The notes under the pieces were generated by a model. The model searched no databases, was not told the DNA's origin, and was given only the letters and a program-made list of their open reading frames with translations. Shown piece by piece: positions 1 through 9,012 of a stretch of 56,885 nucleotides of DNA (its first letter is position 1; every line of letters starts with the position of its first letter). Origin of the DNA: Candidatus Parcubacteria bacterium (GTDB taxonomy: Bacteria; Patescibacteriota; Minisyncoccia; Phycocordibacterales; PALSA-1337); NCBI GenBank assembly GCA_041158765.1, contig JBEBAU010000021.1, positions 1 to 56,885 on the forward strand, read 5' to 3'. A program made the position numbers and the translations under genes.

Positions 1-52
1 GTATGAACAACTGATCAAGCTTGGATATACAGAGAAGTTGGTAAAAATATAA
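1..52 (+). CDS. 3' end of an unidentified CDS entering from the left edge (...YEQLIKLGYTEKLVKI*)
   Basis: Frame 2 is open from the window edge to TAA at 50-52 and is followed by a perfect hairpin. Too short to name. Confidence 0.3.
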   Translation, partial: YEQLIKLGYTEKLVKI

Positions 53-53
53 T

Positions 54-84
54 AAAAAACCTCGATATATTATCGAGGTTTTGG
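54..84. terminator. bidirectional intrinsic terminator
   Basis: Perfect 10-bp stem AACCTCGATA/TATCGAGGTT (58-67/71-80) flanked by an A-run and a T-run, between convergent ORFs. Confidence 0.6.
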
Positions 85-294
85 TTGTGGCAAGCCACAT
101 TCAGCTAATTCAATTGAGCGAAGAGTGTTTTCCCATATTCGCTGCATGCCTTTCATACAACCGGGGCAGTTTACAACCCCACAAGCGAAAATACTGGCTG
201 AAGTGTGGCCTTCTGGCCAACGATCTGGTGGATCAGAAGTAAAGCCACAGAGCGCCGCGTCTTTGCGAACAGCGTGTGTAATTTGTGAGAACAT
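70..294 (-). CDS. hypothetical Cys-rich protein (74 aa)
   Basis: ORF in the GC-rich island. Contains NCPGC plus other Cys. No family recognised. Its 3' end overlaps the hairpin. Confidence 0.4.
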   Translation of the reverse strand: MFSQITHAVRKDAALCGFTSDPPDRWPEGHTSASIFACGVVNCPGCMKGMQRIWENTLRSIELAECGLPQPKPR

Positions 295-335
295 ATCTTA
301 GATGTGTTTGCGGGAAACAATACCATACTTATATA

Positions 336-368
336 CAAATAAAAACCCCGCACTATTTAATATGCGGG
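336..368 (-). terminator. intrinsic terminator of the 301-aa gene
   Basis: On the minus strand, CCCGCA-N10-TGCGGG (347-368) is followed by GTTTTTATTT. The stop codon lies in the loop. Confidence 0.5.
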
Positions 369-1258
369 ATTGGGAAAGGCAGTTCCGGTGTAGGGTTGAC
401 TGCTTGTCGATATAACCATCGGACTTCGGCGACACCTTCGATCGCAGCGACGTCATTTTCCTCAAGTAATTGCGCAATGTGTCGTTGACCGTGCGCGATT
501 TGCTTCTTGGTGAACCTTGTCACACTGAGGATTTCAAACAAACGAGCTCGCACGTCTTTCTCCAATAGATAGACGACGATATTCCTCGTTCGTGAGAGAG
601 TCGCATTGGTGTCCGCGCTGTAGAACTCACGAAGCGTGATGCCCGCAGCCTTGCATGCAGCATAGACAAGCGTTTCTTTGAGCGTCTGAGCTTCATTCGG
701 ATCTGGAATCGGCTCCGTCTCCTCCACAATCCGGACAGTGAGCTTGGAACGGTCGAAGTCAGCTTTGATGCGTTCTTCAATACGCCGAGCGTGTTCAGGT
801 AGTGGCAGTATCGGACCAAGATTGAAAGACTTGCCACGCAACTTTTCGAGCGAAGCAATGTCTTTTTGTCTTTGTTTGAGATCAGAGGGTCCGGTGAGCG
901 GTGAATGAACAATACGAAGCATGAGCCAAATTTCATTCAGATGATCCTTGGCAGCTGCTGTTGTAAGTGGCACGACTGTTCGGCCATTCAAGCCATACGT
1001 CCCCTCAAAGAGGTCAATCGTGCGTTGGGGATATTCGACAGGGAAAACCCTAATCATCCCCAGTGCAGTCATAATTGGCTGTGCGGCTTTGTAGAGCCTC
1101 ACATCAATGATTGGATCGTAGACCTTGCACGCAGCGGCTTCACCCGCTCCGACCACTGAATCAAATTCAGTCGTCGGTGTGAAGTAGGGATCGAGGTTTC
1201 TCGGTGTATTCGGAGTATCATGACGACACCCCGTATGTATCGGTAGTGTTGTTTTCAT
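353..1258 (-). CDS. hypothetical protein with C-terminal DnaA-domain-IV-like helix-turn-helix
   Basis: 301-aa ORF in the GC-rich island. The C-terminal segment LVYAACKAAGITLREFYSADTNATLSRTRNIVVYLLEK...FTKKQIAHGQRHIAQLLEEND follows the DnaA C-terminal domain pattern. The N-terminal 200 aa are unrecognised. Confidence 0.6.
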   Translation of the reverse strand: MKTTLPIHTGCRHDTPNTPRNLDPYFTPTTEFDSVVGAGEAAACKVYDPIIDVRLYKAAQPIMTALGMIRVFPVEYPQRTIDLFEGTYGLNGRTVVPLTTAAAKDHLNEIWLMLRIVHSPLTGPSDLKQRQKDIASLEKLRGKSFNLGPILPLPEHARRIEERIKADFDRSKLTVRIVEETEPIPDPNEAQTLKETLVYAACKAAGITLREFYSADTNATLSRTRNIVVYLLEKDVRARLFEILSVTRFTKKQIAHGQRHIAQLLEENDVAAIEGVAEVRWLYRQAVNPTPELPFPIPHIK

Positions 1259-1475
1259 GATAGTGGTTATGAAATTCGATGAACGGCCTCATTGAGTGTA
1301 CGCTTATGAGAATTGTTAGTCAAAAAACAAGACACTGAAACAAAATCCTGTCTAGTATTGCAGACACATATCACCACGTGCTTTACTCTCTAGTAATACG
1401 AGTTCTTTGACGTCTACAAACAATGAACTCACAACTCTAACCAACTGCCTAACCATTGAAAGGAGCGGTATATCC

Positions 1476-2930
1476 ATGCCATCAGATGATGAAAACGAGC
1501 CACCGCATGTTCCAGGACGAATGCGTCACACCGAACATCGCGGAGGTCACTCGACGGAGAAACCCACCTTGGGGACTAAGACTTATAAGGTTGTTTCTAT
1601 CGAAGTTACCGTAGATCACCACGGGAAATCAGGACCGAATCCAAGCTTGTTTAACTTTGTTCGGGATATTCAACTCCGATCATTGCGAACAACTCGCACC
1701 GATAACCATTGGATTTTCGGCCTCGCACCGGAAGGCTTCTACAGCATGAACCTTGAACATTCAGGGGAAGAAAAATACACCAAGGGACGGTTTGCACTGT
1801 TCCTCCATCACGGAACCGCAAAGGATCCTGTTGATGAAGGCTCCTTGTTTATCGTTGAAAAAGAGATCAAAGCTGCTGCAGGACTTCCTGAAGGGAAAAT
1901 TGGAATTCGTTTCCATGGTAATGGCGCTCGCGGCCGTTCATGGGAAATCACCTGCATATCTCACGATGTGCCGGCTTCGCAAAAAACCAGTTCGCCGGCT
2001 CCGGTTGAAAAGCCTGAGCCCGCTCCGCAACCTCCTGTGTCAGCAACGCCAGAACCTGTGGTGGTAATTACAACACCACCCACACTGCCACCGTCTACGC
2101 CACCACCTGTGGTCGAAGACTCGCAGCAAAAAGTAGTGAAATCTGAAACAACGGCGGCTCCACCGCCACAACCGCAACAACCAAAGCCAACTGAAAAGAA
2201 GGCAGAAAGAGAACCGATGAAAAAATCAACAGCATTCAATCTGAAGCTGTTCACCGCAATCATGCAGTTTGTTTGCGCAAAGCTTGGCATTGAGGATCCC
2301 CAATCTATCAAGGAGGGTAGCAACCATCTTAATGCTAAAGCCCGACGGTTGGTTTGCCTGATTGCCGCTTCAAAAGAAGGGTTGGGTCAGCCAGTCACAG
2401 CCTGCGCGGAACAATTCGAGGACACCGAAGGCAATGTTTACCGCAATATCAACAAATGTCGCAACAAGGACCTCGCGACTGATGCGAAATTAAAAGAATG
2501 GGTTGATGACACCGTCATTCAACTCCGCAAGGAATACAGCATCACCGCCACCTCGGCCACAGAAGTTCCTGCTGAATCGGCGAATGGCCACGAACCGGCT
2601 CCGGCTGGACCGAAGCCTACTGCTCCTGTTGTGCGCAAGAAACGCGTTATCAAAGCGAAGAAGGTTGTGGTCAACAAGCGCAAACCGCGTGCTGTGGCAA
2701 AGGTAGATACCGTGCCGAGTGACATCTTTGTCCGGCTCGTGTATTTTGCCCGTAACACCGGCAAACTCAGCGTTGCGGAAATCGCCGAATTGGCAGAAAT
2801 CACTGAGGGTGCAGTCTTCGAGGGTCTCGGACGTGCGGGGGAATTATACACCGCCGACTCAAGCCCGACCCTTAAGGAAGCCTTCGCTGATTTGCTCCAA
2901 GCGGCGAAGCCCCACGAGGGAGTTCATTGA
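1476..2930 (+). CDS. hypothetical Pro-rich protein with DnaA-domain-IV-like HTH module(s)
   Basis: The ORF track starts at TTG 1407, but AGGAG (1461-1465) precedes the in-frame ATG at 1476. Contains a long P/T/Q-rich linker, then IMQFVCAKLGIEDPQSIKEGSNHLNAKARRLVCLIAASKEGLGQPVTACAEQF...NVYRNINKCRNK, plus a second C-terminal HTH-like segment. Confidence 0.65.
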   Translation: MPSDDENEPPHVPGRMRHTEHRGGHSTEKPTLGTKTYKVVSIEVTVDHHGKSGPNPSLFNFVRDIQLRSLRTTRTDNHWIFGLAPEGFYSMNLEHSGEEKYTKGRFALFLHHGTAKDPVDEGSLFIVEKEIKAAAGLPEGKIGIRFHGNGARGRSWEITCISHDVPASQKTSSPAPVEKPEPAPQPPVSATPEPVVVITTPPTLPPSTPPPVVEDSQQKVVKSETTAAPPPQPQQPKPTEKKAEREPMKKSTAFNLKLFTAIMQFVCAKLGIEDPQSIKEGSNHLNAKARRLVCLIAASKEGLGQPVTACAEQFEDTEGNVYRNINKCRNKDLATDAKLKEWVDDTVIQLRKEYSITATSATEVPAESANGHEPAPAGPKPTAPVVRKKRVIKAKKVVVNKRKPRAVAKVDTVPSDIFVRLVYFARNTGKLSVAEIAELAEITEGAVFEGLGRAGELYTADSSPTLKEAFADLLQAAKPHEGVH

Positions 2931-2941
2931 TTGCTCGTCAC

Positions 2942-2971
2942 AACCACTTATAACAAGTGGTTTTTTATTTT
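2942..2971 (+). terminator. intrinsic terminator
   Basis: 8-bp stem AACCACTT/AAGTGGTT with a 5-nt loop, followed by TTTTTTATTTT. Confidence 0.7.
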
Positions 2972-2983
2972 GGCACGCGATAT

Positions 2984-3922
2984 TTAATCAAAAATCCTCA
3001 CGAGATATGCATCGATTTTGCGCTGATCGAGTTCGTAGAAATTCTTATTTTCTTCATGAAGATAGGTTGAAAGAGAAGTACCAACGAAGCGCCAATGCCA
3101 TGGTTCGAATACGAAGTATCCATTATTTTTTGGATATGAAAGTATGAAACCAAAACGGTATGCATTTGCAATCATCCATTGATATGCAGGACTTTCATCA
3201 AAACCATCGAGACCTCCTCCAAGACCGGTAGTCGTGAAATCAACTGCAGTACCAAGCTGATGCTCAGAATATCCTTGATCTGCAGAGAATGAATTGGCAG
3301 TTCCAGCACCATACGTAATCGTATAATCACCCTTGAGCGCACGCTGTTCAGCAAATGAACGATATGCAGATGCAACATAGAGCTTCACACCCGTTGATGA
3401 AGCCGCTTCAATCATGGCCTTAAGCTGGAGAAGTGCATTACTCTGAAATAAGAATTGCTTAGTATTGCTATAGACATATGCATTTGGAATTTCACTCAAG
3501 TGTGCTGGAATGTACGTGTCACTGAGGAAATAGACTTTTGAATATTTTTTGAGAAGTTCTGGGTCAGTCTTCGAAAGCTTCTGGAGGGTATTGAGTGTTC
3601 CGGTGAAATCTCCAACTTTGTTTTGGAAATCTCCAAGCTGTTCAGCAATAGCGCCGACATTTTGCTTCTCAGCATTGAGCGCAACTGAGAGGGATGTATG
3701 TGTATCAGCAATTGCAGCCGAGAGGGCTTGAGTTGTAGAGGCGTTATCGAGGGTGAGATGTGTCACTTGTGATGAAAGGTCATTGACATGTGTTGTGAGT
3801 GATCGAAGTGCTACGTATGAGTATATCGAGTATCCGATAAGGATAATTGAAATTACAGACAAGCTACCAATAAATACCGGTGTACTGAGCTTGTTTTTGA
3901 TTTTTCCTTGGATATCTTTCAT
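2984..3922 (-). CDS. D-alanyl-D-alanine carboxypeptidase, peptidase M15B (VanY-like), membrane anchored
   Basis: N-terminal TM helix and coiled coil. C-terminal motifs SAYRSFAEQ, SEHQLGTAVDF and EPWHWRF are typical of the VanY/M15 family. Confidence 0.85.
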   Translation of the reverse strand: MKDIQGKIKNKLSTPVFIGSLSVISIILIGYSIYSYVALRSLTTHVNDLSSQVTHLTLDNASTTQALSAAIADTHTSLSVALNAEKQNVGAIAEQLGDFQNKVGDFTGTLNTLQKLSKTDPELLKKYSKVYFLSDTYIPAHLSEIPNAYVYSNTKQFLFQSNALLQLKAMIEAASSTGVKLYVASAYRSFAEQRALKGDYTITYGAGTANSFSADQGYSEHQLGTAVDFTTTGLGGGLDGFDESPAYQWMIANAYRFGFILSYPKNNGYFVFEPWHWRFVGTSLSTYLHEENKNFYELDQRKIDAYLVRIFD

Positions 3923-3949
3923 ATCAAATATGCTACCATATATGTATAT

Positions 3950-4528
3950 ATGAAAGAAACAATTGCTATCGTTGCAGCATTACTCGCCATTTTGGGAAAT
4001 ATTTCGTACTTAAAAGATGCATTTCGAGGAAAGGTTCGTCCGCATCCGTATACATGGTTTATTTGGAGCATTGTTTCTCTCGTCACCTTTTTTGGTCAAT
4101 TACAGAAGGGTGCTGGAATTGGCGCATTGCCAACAGGAATTGCTGAGGCTTTCACAATACTTATTTTCATTATTTCACTCAAATACGCTTTCAAGAATAC
4201 CGCTGAAAATATCAAGAAGTCTGATCATTATTTCCTTGTTGCTGCTTTGCTTGGTCTTATACCGTGGGCACTTACAAAAGACCCTACGATTTCAGTTATT
4301 GTTGTGGTAACAATTGATGTAATTGCATTCATACCTGCACTCCGCAAGACATGGATGGATCCTCGTTCAGAAAAGCCTGCATTATATGAAATGAATGTGC
4401 TTCGACATATACTCACGCTTTTTGCGCTCGGTTCATACAATACCGCAACAATGCTTCATTCTATTGCGATGATTTGTACGAATACGGTGATGACTATCTT
4501 CATTAATAAGCGAAAGTTCATGAAATAA
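3950..4528 (+). CDS. hypothetical integral membrane protein (about 6 TM)
   Basis: The ORF track starts at 3908, which would overlap the divergent VanY start. The in-frame ATG at 3950 (MKETIAIVAALL...) is preferred. Multiple hydrophobic segments. Confidence 0.6.
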   Translation: MKETIAIVAALLAILGNISYLKDAFRGKVRPHPYTWFIWSIVSLVTFFGQLQKGAGIGALPTGIAEAFTILIFIISLKYAFKNTAENIKKSDHYFLVAALLGLIPWALTKDPTISVIVVVTIDVIAFIPALRKTWMDPRSEKPALYEMNVLRHILTLFALGSYNTATMLHSIAMICTNTVMTIFINKRKFMK

Positions 4529-4587
4529 CTGCCGATTGGGGATAACTTGCGCTATTTGATGAAAGAGTGCGTTATAATGTAGCTAAT

Positions 4588-4836
4588 ATGAAACACAAAC
4601 TCACAATTGCAATTTTGATTCTCGTTATTATCGTCTCACTCTCAATTTGTGGATATATTCTTGTGAGAGAATCACGATTCGCGGCTCTTTCTGGACAGCC
4701 TGTGCCCGCTACATCAACTCGCATGACCGAAGAACAAAAAATCAGCACTCTTCTACATCTCGGCCAAACTTCTACTGCTCCACGACTCAGTTCTCAAGAG
4801 AAGATTACTATCCTCCAGTCGCTTCACAAAAAATAG
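4588..4836 (+). CDS. hypothetical small membrane-anchored protein
   Basis: ATG at 4588 lies 9 nt after TATAAT (4573-4578). One TM helix (LTIAILILVIIVSLSICGYIL). Followed by a strong terminator. Confidence 0.45.
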   Translation: MKHKLTIAILILVIIVSLSICGYILVRESRFAALSGQPVPATSTRMTEEQKISTLLHLGQTSTAPRLSSQEKITILQSLHKK

Positions 4837-4855
4837 CCTGAAATACAATGGAAAT

Positions 4856-4888
4856 AGCCCGCTGCAAGACGGGCTGTTTTTGTTTTTG
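4856..4888 (+). terminator. intrinsic terminator
   Basis: AGCCCG-N8-CGGGCT followed by GTTTTTGTTTTTG. Confidence 0.7.
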
Positions 4889-4902
4889 CAATGCTTTTCA
4901 CT

Positions 4903-6615
4903 TTATTCGTTCCTACGAATTGCAGCTCTGATATCTGCGAAAGTTCCACCGACTTTTTTGCCAGGGTTGAAAATATGCTCTGGATCAAAAATATCTTTTG
5001 TTTGTCTGAAAAGTGCCACGATGTTTTCACCAAACATCTGCACGAGATACGGTGTACGAATAATACCGTCATTGTGCTCTGCGGTAATTGAGCCATGATA
5101 TTCATGCACAAGGTCATACACCTTCTTCGAAAGCTCAAGAATAATATCAGCAGAATATGCATTATTGAGATCCATGAGAGGAATAATATGGAAATTTCCG
5201 TTACCAGGGTGACCTGCAATTGTATAAATAAGCTTATATTCATCAATTAATTTCTGCACGCGTGGAAGAAATTCGGGCAAGTATTCTGGCTTCACAATAA
5301 TGTCATCGATGAATGGTGCAGTACGCTTGCCGTGAACATGCTTACGAAGAAGATTGAAACTTTCTCGACGAACACGCCAATACTTTTCAGCTTCAAAACT
5401 GTTGCGAGTGATGTGTGTTTTGTATTTGAAATGAATAAGCTTCGCATTCAGTTGATTCAATCGCTCACGAATATCTTGTTCAGAAGAACCGGTGAATTCA
5501 ACCATGAGAATGAGCTTAGGGATACGACCAGCAACAGCAATGCTCCACATATCTGGAATGAAACGAAGACCGAGGCTGAGAGCACCGAAGAGACCGAGCT
5601 CTTTGAAAAAATCAAAAAAGAATTTGAAAGCGAGTTTCATGCTGTAGTCGTCATATGATTCGAGACTATCAGGATTGAAAGGGAGTATCTCAGTTATCAT
5701 ATCTCCAAGTCGTCGTACATCAGGAAGGAAAGCAACGAGCATATTAGAATACGGCTGTACTGGAGTGAGTTCGAAGGTTATTTCGGTGATAATGCCGAGC
5801 GTGCCTTGAGAACCAACAATAAGACGGCAGAGGTCAAAAGTTGCGTTGTCATCATTGCCATCAGGGCTTTTTTCATACACATCCCAGAGATAATAGCCGG
5901 CTGAGTTTTTTGAAACAGTAGGCTTTGCTGATTTGATAGCGTCGAGATTGTTGATGATGAGATCGTACATCTTCTGATAGAGCGTCGCTTCAAAGACTTT
6001 CACACCGAGACGTTGTGTACCCTGAATTTTTGCTTTGAGTTCAGCGAGAGAGAGCTTCGTAATGTGATATTCATTGCCATCGCTGAAAACAACTTTGAGT
6101 GCGCGAATGTGATCAGCAGTCTTGCCGTATTTGATGCTTTTTTCACCGCCACTATTGTTTGCAACCATTCCTCCAACTGCGCATATTTCTCGAGAAGCAG
6201 GGTATGTCGGCATGAATCTCTTGCGCTTCATGGTCTCGTGCTCGAAATCACGATAAAAGCAGCCGGGTTCTACGGTTGCGGTTTCGTCGTTGATTTCACC
6301 TATCGTATTCATGTAGCGGGTGAAATCTACGATAATAGAAGAATTGATTGCACCACCGCTCATATCAGTACCCGCGGAACGAGCAGTAATAGAAAGTCCG
6401 GGGTGATGAATTCGGTTTTTGTTTACCCAACGTACAAGCATTTGTACGTCAACAGAATTTCGAGGGAATACAACAACTTGCGGTTTTATTTCAAAAAGAC
6501 TTGCATCATGTGAATATGTTGCGAGCGTCTTCTCACTGTAATCGATGTCGCCAGTGAAATGGTCTTTCAAAGTATCAAAAAAGGCAGCTGTAGCTGACGA
6601 AGATGCGAAACTCAT
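4903..6615 (-). CDS. FAD-binding oxidoreductase (GlcD / D-lactate dehydrogenase-like, PCMH-type FAD domain)
   Basis: 570 aa. The N-terminal FAD-binding region (VVFPRNSVDVQMLVRWVNK..., ITARSAGTDMSGGAI) and a C-terminal oxidase domain resemble the FAD-linked oxidase family. Confidence 0.8.
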   Translation of the reverse strand: MSFASSSATAAFFDTLKDHFTGDIDYSEKTLATYSHDASLFEIKPQVVVFPRNSVDVQMLVRWVNKNRIHHPGLSITARSAGTDMSGGAINSSIIVDFTRYMNTIGEINDETATVEPGCFYRDFEHETMKRKRFMPTYPASREICAVGGMVANNSGGEKSIKYGKTADHIRALKVVFSDGNEYHITKLSLAELKAKIQGTQRLGVKVFEATLYQKMYDLIINNLDAIKSAKPTVSKNSAGYYLWDVYEKSPDGNDDNATFDLCRLIVGSQGTLGIITEITFELTPVQPYSNMLVAFLPDVRRLGDMITEILPFNPDSLESYDDYSMKLAFKFFFDFFKELGLFGALSLGLRFIPDMWSIAVAGRIPKLILMVEFTGSSEQDIRERLNQLNAKLIHFKYKTHITRNSFEAEKYWRVRRESFNLLRKHVHGKRTAPFIDDIIVKPEYLPEFLPRVQKLIDEYKLIYTIAGHPGNGNFHIIPLMDLNNAYSADIILELSKKVYDLVHEYHGSITAEHNDGIIRTPYLVQMFGENIVALFRQTKDIFDPEHIFNPGKKVGGTFADIRAAIRRNE

Positions 6616-6639
6616 ACAAATAGTATACCATACGCGTAC

Positions 6640-7452
6640 ATGCCGATTTCATTTTCCCCAATACAAAATCACATCTTGACGCAGCTCAAAAACGCCAAAT
6701 CGCTTCGCTATAGTGAAATGAAGCCTAAGGCCATTCCTAATGATCTATTCAATTATCACCTGCAGTTTCTAGTGAAAAAGGGTTTTGTTGAAAAAACTGG
6801 CGGAAAAACTGTCGAAAAAGCTGCCAAAGCTGCAAAAACTGCTGGAAGTGGTGCATATTGTTTGTCTGAGGTTGGTGTTCGACACGTCGCTGATGCATAT
6901 CCGCTCAACAAAGAAGAAGAAAAGAATGCGAGCCTTTTCAAAATAAATGTCATAACGATTGTCTCAAGAGTTGTGCAAGATCCAGCGAGTCCGCGATCAA
7001 AAAGCAGAAAAGGTTCAAAAAAGATTCAAATCTTGAATCAAATTCGTGGCGTACATCCTTCATATGGCAAAATCGGCGTTCCAGGTGGCGTTGTTCGCAA
7101 AGGCGAGCCAGTTCTCGCTGCTGCCACTCGCAAGCTCGAGGAAGAGACGGGGCTCGTTGCTGACTTTAATTTGCTCGGTTTCGAACGAAGAATGATGTAT
7201 GTGCAACATGAGCTTTTTTCAGATGTGCTTTTTCCAATTGCTTATTCAGATCAAACGCGCGGTGAATTATTGGCCGAAACAAAATTTGGCAAAAATATGT
7301 GGGTTGATATTGATCAGGCGATACAGCATGAATCAGCGGAATTCGATTCGCTCGTGAAGATTCGCGACGTTTTACTTTCAATAAAAAAGGGTAAGGATGC
7401 TATCAAAAAATTGCCATTCTTCTACGAAGAAAAGGTGCAAAGTGACGTGTAG
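6640..7452 (+). CDS. Nudix hydrolase with N-terminal winged-helix domain
   Basis: Nudix box GGVVRKGEPVLAAATRKLEEETGL. N-terminal wHTH-like segment ILTQLKNAKSLRYSEMK...LFNYHLQFLVKKGFVEK. Confidence 0.8.
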   Translation: MPISFSPIQNHILTQLKNAKSLRYSEMKPKAIPNDLFNYHLQFLVKKGFVEKTGGKTVEKAAKAAKTAGSGAYCLSEVGVRHVADAYPLNKEEEKNASLFKINVITIVSRVVQDPASPRSKSRKGSKKIQILNQIRGVHPSYGKIGVPGGVVRKGEPVLAAATRKLEEETGLVADFNLLGFERRMMYVQHELFSDVLFPIAYSDQTRGELLAETKFGKNMWVDIDQAIQHESAEFDSLVKIRDVLLSIKKGKDAIKKLPFFYEEKVQSDV

Positions 7453-7594
7453 GTAAAATTCTGACAACTGATTTGCCGAGGATGTCCTCACTATCGCGGT
7501 TTTTTCATATGGTTATAGTTATATTAGATTTGCTCGTGCAAATTATCGCAACAAAACAAACCCAGTAACCAACACTACTATCTCTATAAACTCT

Positions 7595-8440
7595 ATGAAA
7601 ATAAACTCATTTTCGAATATCACTAGCCTGCTCACAAATGGCTATTTACTTCTGAATTATCCAGTAGCACTTTATGATGCTGTTTACAAAGCATCGCGGT
7701 CATGGGATGCATTCTGTGAATTACCTGAGGAAATCAAGCGGGCAATTGGGTATAGCAATGGGGCAGCTGGTGTTGGTTGTGAAATAAAAAAAGGGGAGGG
7801 TGCAGCTGCTGATTTCAAAATCAACTTTGACATCGCACTCATTGGTGAATCATGGCTTCGTGAACGAATTGTAGCGATCAATAATCCTATCGTGACGGAA
7901 TTCGTGAATGATGCGCTCGCACTCGTGGCTGCGGTGACGCCGACGATTGCGCATTTTGCGGAAGAGTCGGAGCGTGCTTTTGGCCTCAAGGGCTTTGGAC
8001 ATGAGGTGAAAGATAATCCGGACACATTTTTCATTCGATTTATTCAGTATGTCGCGAATCCAAAAATCGGTGATGAAATCTGTGTGCCACATGTGGATCA
8101 GAGTGGTTTCACTTTACATCTTCGTGAAAGCGAACCGGGTTTTCAGATTCTCTCTGCGGCTGGGAAGTGGATTGATATTCCGATTACCTGTGGGCAGACG
8201 GTGATTATTCCTTCAATGCAAATGCAACTTCGTTCAGAAGGGATGCTGAAAGCCACATGTCATCGTGTGATTGCCAAGCCTCACGTGGGGGAGAAGCCAT
8301 ATCGCACATCTGCGGTGCTCTTTGGTCAGCTCGCACACACACCGAAATATGACAAAGCTCGCTACGGGCGACTTCAAGAAATGGCCCCGGGTTTCAACTA
8401 TGATATGCCTTTCAGTGACTTCGAGAAGATGTTCAAGTGA
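7595..8440 (+). CDS. 2-oxoglutarate/Fe(II)-dependent oxygenase family protein
   Basis: HxD...H facial triad context (VPHVDQSGFTLHL ... ATCHRV) and RTSAVLF, as in the isopenicillin-N-synthase-like 2OG oxygenases. Confidence 0.7.
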   Translation: MKINSFSNITSLLTNGYLLLNYPVALYDAVYKASRSWDAFCELPEEIKRAIGYSNGAAGVGCEIKKGEGAAADFKINFDIALIGESWLRERIVAINNPIVTEFVNDALALVAAVTPTIAHFAEESERAFGLKGFGHEVKDNPDTFFIRFIQYVANPKIGDEICVPHVDQSGFTLHLRESEPGFQILSAAGKWIDIPITCGQTVIIPSMQMQLRSEGMLKATCHRVIAKPHVGEKPYRTSAVLFGQLAHTPKYDKARYGRLQEMAPGFNYDMPFSDFEKMFK

Positions 8441-8494
8441 TAGCGTGTAATAGTGTTTGACATATGCTTGTTTTAGTGCTTTAATTATCTTCAA

Positions 8495-8914
8495 ATGCAC
8501 AAAGCCAAGCAAAACCATGGTTCAGCAGTAAAAGCGAGCGTGACCAGTCACATTCGTGTGCTCGTTGTTGAAAAAGCAAACCTAGCCGATATGTATCGAC
8601 AAGTGTTCGAAAAACACGGCTGGGAAGTCACCACAGCAACCACCGAAATAGATGCGCTCAGACTTATCGAGCTCGAACACTTCGATGCTGCGGTGATGGG
8701 TGAACACCTCGAGCTCAAGGGCTCAGCCTCCCACCTTGTGATTCCGGCATTCCGTGCCGCAAATCCCAAGTCACCGATGTTTATGCTTTCGGCAACCGAA
8801 GGCGAACGTCAGATGGATGCTGGTGGCAAAGATCATTGCTACTCGACGCCCAAGGGCTCAGGTGAGGTTCAAAAAATCGTTGGTGTAATGCGTGAGTATT
8901 ACCCGACGGCCTAA
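8495..8914 (+). CDS. receiver-like (pseudo-receiver) domain protein
   Basis: IRVLVVEKANLADMYRQVFEKHGWEVTTATTEIDALRLIE..FDAAVMGEHL follows the CheY-like fold pattern. The acidic pocket (DD) is EK, and the phospho-acceptor position is Gly rather than Asp. Confidence 0.5.
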   Translation: MHKAKQNHGSAVKASVTSHIRVLVVEKANLADMYRQVFEKHGWEVTTATTEIDALRLIELEHFDAAVMGEHLELKGSASHLVIPAFRAANPKSPMFMLSATEGERQMDAGGKDHCYSTPKGSGEVQKIVGVMREYYPTA

Positions 8915-8951
8915 AGAACCTCACAAACCCGCTTCGCACATTTAGCTCAAA

Positions 8952-8990
8952 CTCCCGACAATCCTTTGGATCGTTGGGAGTTTTACTTTT
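8952..8990 (+). terminator. intrinsic terminator
   Basis: Imperfect 13-bp stem CTCCCGACAATCC/GGATCGTTGGGAG followed by TTTTACTTTT. Confidence 0.6.
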
Positions 8991-9012
8991 CCATTTCAGG
9001 TTTTTTGTATCG

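Noticed and set aside
3102-3110. GGTTCGAAT, a tRNA T-loop-like string.
   Set aside because: The flanks do not form a T-stem or any cloverleaf, and the site lies inside the VanY-like CDS. No tRNA was found anywhere in the window by eye.
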